Positions 61,142 to 64,000 of a DNA stretch of 64,000 nt are shown here, piece after piece. Origin of the DNA: Endomicrobiia bacterium. GTDB lineage: Bacteria; Elusimicrobiota; Endomicrobiia; DTEH01. The notes under the pieces were generated by a model that ran no database searches, was not told the origin of the DNA, and worked only from the letters and a program-made list of their open reading frames with translations. The number at the start of each line of letters is the position of its first letter. Position 1 is the stretch's first letter. Both the position numbers and the translations under genes were made by a program. The stretch is from the NCBI GenBank assembly GCA_025060535.1, contig JANXCA010000001.1:7730-71729 (forward strand), given 5' to 3'.

Positions 61142-62437
61142 TTAATTCTGAGACCTTAAAAATTCTTTAGCATATTTTATCTGTGCTACAATTGGCCGTT
61201 TGGCAATACATATATAGGAACAACAACCACATTCAATACAATCATATAAAGAGTATTTTTTCACTTTTTCCCATTTTTTGTGTTCTATATAGATACTCAA
61301 AAAATTCGGCATAAGTCTCATAGGACATACAGAAACACACTTACCACATCTTACGCATTGAAAATAATTGCTATCGTAATTTGTTTTTAAAAAGAGTATA
61401 CCAGATGTCCCTTTAATTACAGAAACATCCAAACTTTCTTGAGCAACACCCATCATAGGGCCTCCCATAATTACTTTGTTGATTCCTTTTATATCTATAT
61501 TTAGAAAACGAACTATATCTTTAATAGAAGTACCTATAGGAACTATAAAGTTTCCTATTCTGCTTATGTCTCCCGATAATGTAATAACTCTTTCCATTAA
61601 AGGAATACCTTTAATAACACAATTATATATAGCAAATAATGTAGAAACATTATGAACTAAAACACCTACATCCATTGGTAAACCACCTGACGGTACTTCT
61701 TTATTTAAAACCGATTTTATTAATTGTTTCTCTGCACCCTGTGGATATTTGGTTTTTACAACTTTAAGTTCTACATTCGGAACTTTTTCTATTTTTTGTT
61801 TAATCTTATAAATTGCTTCTTTCTTATTGTCTTCAATTACAACTATACCTTTCATCGCATCTACAATATACATCACTATTTTTAAACCTTCAATTACTTC
61901 ATCATAATACTCTTGCATTACCCTATCATCAACAGTGAGATATGGCTCACACTCACAACCATTTGCTATCACATAATCTATTATTTTATCTTTAGGAGGA
62001 TTAAGTTTGACATGTGTAGGAAACATAGCTCCACCTAAACCTACAATACCACTTTCTTTTATATATGTGATAATCTCATCCTTCGGAAATCTATGATAGT
62101 CTTTATACTTAGGTATAAATTCAACAGAAGTATTTTTTCCATCGTTTTCTATTATTATAGCAGGCGATTTTTTGCACAAAGTTGGATGCATTATTTCTTT
62201 TATTTCTTTAACTTTTCCAGAAACCGGTGAATGCAAAGTTGAAGATATCAAACCATCTGCTTCAGCTATTTTTTGTCCTCTTAATACATAATCACCTACA
62301 TTTACTAGGGGAACGGAAATTTTACCTGTATGTTGTTGCAAATAAAGATATAAAAATTGAGGAGCTGCAATATTTTCAATTCTATAATACTTAGATTTTT
62401 TGTTATCTTTAGGATGTATTCCACCGTAAAAACTCAT
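61142..62437 (-). CDS. rnfC: Rnf complex subunit C
   Basis: GGIHP, GIVGLGGAMFPT, NGCECEPY, YPQGAEK, CVRCGKC, CIECGCC. Confidence 0.97.
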   Translation of the reverse strand: MSFYGGIHPKDNKKSKYYRIENIAAPQFLYLYLQQHTGKISVPLVNVGDYVLRGQKIAEADGLISSTLHSPVSGKVKEIKEIMHPTLCKKSPAIIIENDGKNTSVEFIPKYKDYHRFPKDEIITYIKESGIVGLGGAMFPTHVKLNPPKDKIIDYVIANGCECEPYLTVDDRVMQEYYDEVIEGLKIVMYIVDAMKGIVVIEDNKKEAIYKIKQKIEKVPNVELKVVKTKYPQGAEKQLIKSVLNKEVPSGGLPMDVGVLVHNVSTLFAIYNCVIKGIPLMERVITLSGDISRIGNFIVPIGTSIKDIVRFLNIDIKGINKVIMGGPMMGVAQESLDVSVIKGTSGILFLKTNYDSNYFQCVRCGKCVSVCPMRLMPNFLSIYIEHKKWEKVKKYSLYDCIECGCCSYICIAKRPIVAQIKYAKEFLRSQN

Positions 62438-62459
62438 TAAACTTACCCAACCTCTACAT

Positions 62460-63347
62460 TTAGGATGTTTCTAATAGTTGATATTTTTCTATATTTCTTT
62501 TAATAAAATCCTTCCAAATCTCTAACACATGTCTATTTTCTTCTAATAACAAATGTTGTGTCCTTTTCTGTAACGAAAGATATTCTTCTATAGGTTTTAT
62601 ATTTTTAATCTTTCTAACTTTTTTTAATTCACCATTCTCATATTCTACTAAAGGCCATAAACCAGTTTCTACTGCCAATTCTGCTATTTTAACGGATAAA
62701 TAAGGCTCATACCCCCAACCTAAAGGACAAGGAACAAGTATATGAATAAATTTAGCTCCTTTTATTTTTAAAGCCTTCTTTACTTTATTTTGTAAATCTA
62801 CAGGGTAAGAAATAGAAGCAGTTGCAACATAACTACATCTATGAGCAAGTGCAATTTCTAAAAGATTTTTCTTCCAAGTGGGATTGCCATAAGACAGTTT
62901 TCCAACCGGAGAGGTTCCAGTATTTGCTCCAGTAGGTGAAGTTCCACTTCTTTGTATACCTGTATTCATGTAAGCTTCATTATCATAACAAATGCTCAAC
63001 ACATTGTGCCCTCTTTCCCATAAACCAGAAAATGCTTGCAACCCAATATCTCCAAAGCCACCATCTCCTGCTTGAGCTATGATATTTATATCTGTTTTAC
63101 CTAAATAATTCAAAGCACTTTCTATACCAGAAGCTACAGCTGCTGCATTTTCAAATAGAGAATGTATAAAGGGGACCCTCCAAGAACTATAAGGGTAAGT
63201 AGAAGAAAAAACTTCCAAACATCCTGTATTTGTAACTACAATTGTATTTGGCCCAGCAGCATCTATTACCAACCTTGCTGCTAAAGCTTCACCACACCCT
63301 GCACAGGCTGTGTGACCAGGTGTTAATAAAATTTTTTCATCTATCAT
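62460..63347 (-). CDS. porB: Pyruvate/2-oxoacid:ferredoxin oxidoreductase beta subunit (TPP-binding)
   Basis: GHTACAGCG, TGCLEV, GDGG...DNEAYMNTG, PCPLGW. Confidence 0.92.
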   Translation of the reverse strand: MIDEKILLTPGHTACAGCGEALAARLVIDAAGPNTIVVTNTGCLEVFSSTYPYSSWRVPFIHSLFENAAAVASGIESALNYLGKTDINIIAQAGDGGFGDIGLQAFSGLWERGHNVLSICYDNEAYMNTGIQRSGTSPTGANTGTSPVGKLSYGNPTWKKNLLEIALAHRCSYVATASISYPVDLQNKVKKALKIKGAKFIHILVPCPLGWGYEPYLSVKIAELAVETGLWPLVEYENGELKKVRKIKNIKPIEEYLSLQKRTQHLLLEENRHVLEIWKDFIKRNIEKYQLLETS

Positions 63348-63384
63348 AAGAAAATTTACGAAAAACTATATTTTAAACTATACT

Positions 63385-64000
63385 CTAAATAAAACTACCT
63401 AAATTTTCTTTTTTTAGTCCTACAAACTCACTTTCAACAAGATCCTCTTTCCTATAGAGATCTTCTATCTCTTCTAAAGATATATCTCTTCCACCTAAAC
63501 CACAGACATATCCTAAAATCTTAGGTAAGCAGGAGACTTTATTTCTATGCGCAGATATATATAAAGATGTTATTACATCACTATATAAGGCTCCTGTAGC
63601 TCCCAAAGAAATATCTTTTTCTAAAACTATTATTTTTTTAGCTTTAAGCAAAATATCTCCTATTTCTTGTGGAAAAGGTCTGTAAGTGATTATTCTTAAC
63701 AAACCAACTTTCTCATTTCTTTCTCTTAAACTATCAACTACATCTTTAATAGGACCAGCAACTGATCCAAAACTTACAAAAATATTTTCTGCATCATCTA
63801 ATTTATATTTTTCATAAAGTCCATATGAAGTTCTTCCAAACATTTTAGTGAATTCTTCAGCAATCTGTTTAATTTTGTTAGGTACCTCATCTAGCATAGT
63901 TTTATGTATAGCGTATCTTGTTTCTAAATACCACTCAGGACCAACTAACGCACCAAAAGTGAGTGGATTTTGAGGATCTAATTTAAAAGGAGGATTATAG
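63385..64000 (-). CDS. porA: Pyruvate/2-oxoacid:ferredoxin oxidoreductase alpha subunit (5' end lies beyond the window)
   Basis: Frame stays open to the window edge (YNPPFKLDPQNPLTFG...), with YRPFP and GLGGRD. Confidence 0.9.
   Translation of the reverse strand, partial: YNPPFKLDPQNPLTFGALVGPEWYLETRYAIHKTMLDEVPNKIKQIAEEFTKMFGRTSYGLYEKYKLDDAENIFVSFGSVAGPIKDVVDSLRERNEKVGLLRIITYRPFPQEIGDILLKAKKIIVLEKDISLGATGALYSDVITSLYISAHRNKVSCLPKILGYVCGLGGRDISLEEIEDLYRKEDLVESEFVGLKKENLGSFI

Overview
This is a very AT-rich (by eye below 30% GC), gene-dense, core-genome window from an anaerobic diderm bacterium. It carries kdsA/kdsB, RNase Y, Rnf and a split PFOR. The gene content is compatible with Elusimicrobiota/Endomicrobiia, but that assignment is inference. 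Every credible gene is on the minus strand except the nspC/carboxyspermidine dehydrogenase pair. Contents in window order: hisC (partial), pheA, prfB with a programmed +1 frameshift, tRNA-Leu(GAG), secG, pgk, gap, argCJ, uvrB, rny, rarA, zapA and a zapB-like gene, a 17-gene Mrp-linked group 4 [NiFe]-hydrogenase operon headed by an NAD(P)H/flavin module and a perfect Rex-type operator, a polyamine divergon, dapL, a serA operon with an identical Rex-type operator, a degenerate priA, coaB/coaC, an rpoZ-like gene, kdsAB, the rpsB-tsf-pyrH-frr-uppS-cdsA-dxr-rseP cluster, rnfCDGEAB and porAB. No mobile elements, CRISPR arrays or rRNA were seen. Two things stand out. (1) The zapA gene is wrapped by a perfect 24-bp inverted repeat (31 paired bases with its extension) that begins at the predicted transcription start and would pair the 3' UTR over the gene's own RBS and AUG, at the locus where 6S RNA normally sits. 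(2) The hydrogenase combines an intact Ni-binding large subunit, three antiporter-like subunits, a full Mrp set and a HydBG/AsrAB-like NAD(P)H module. All calls come from reading motifs by eye; no searches were run.
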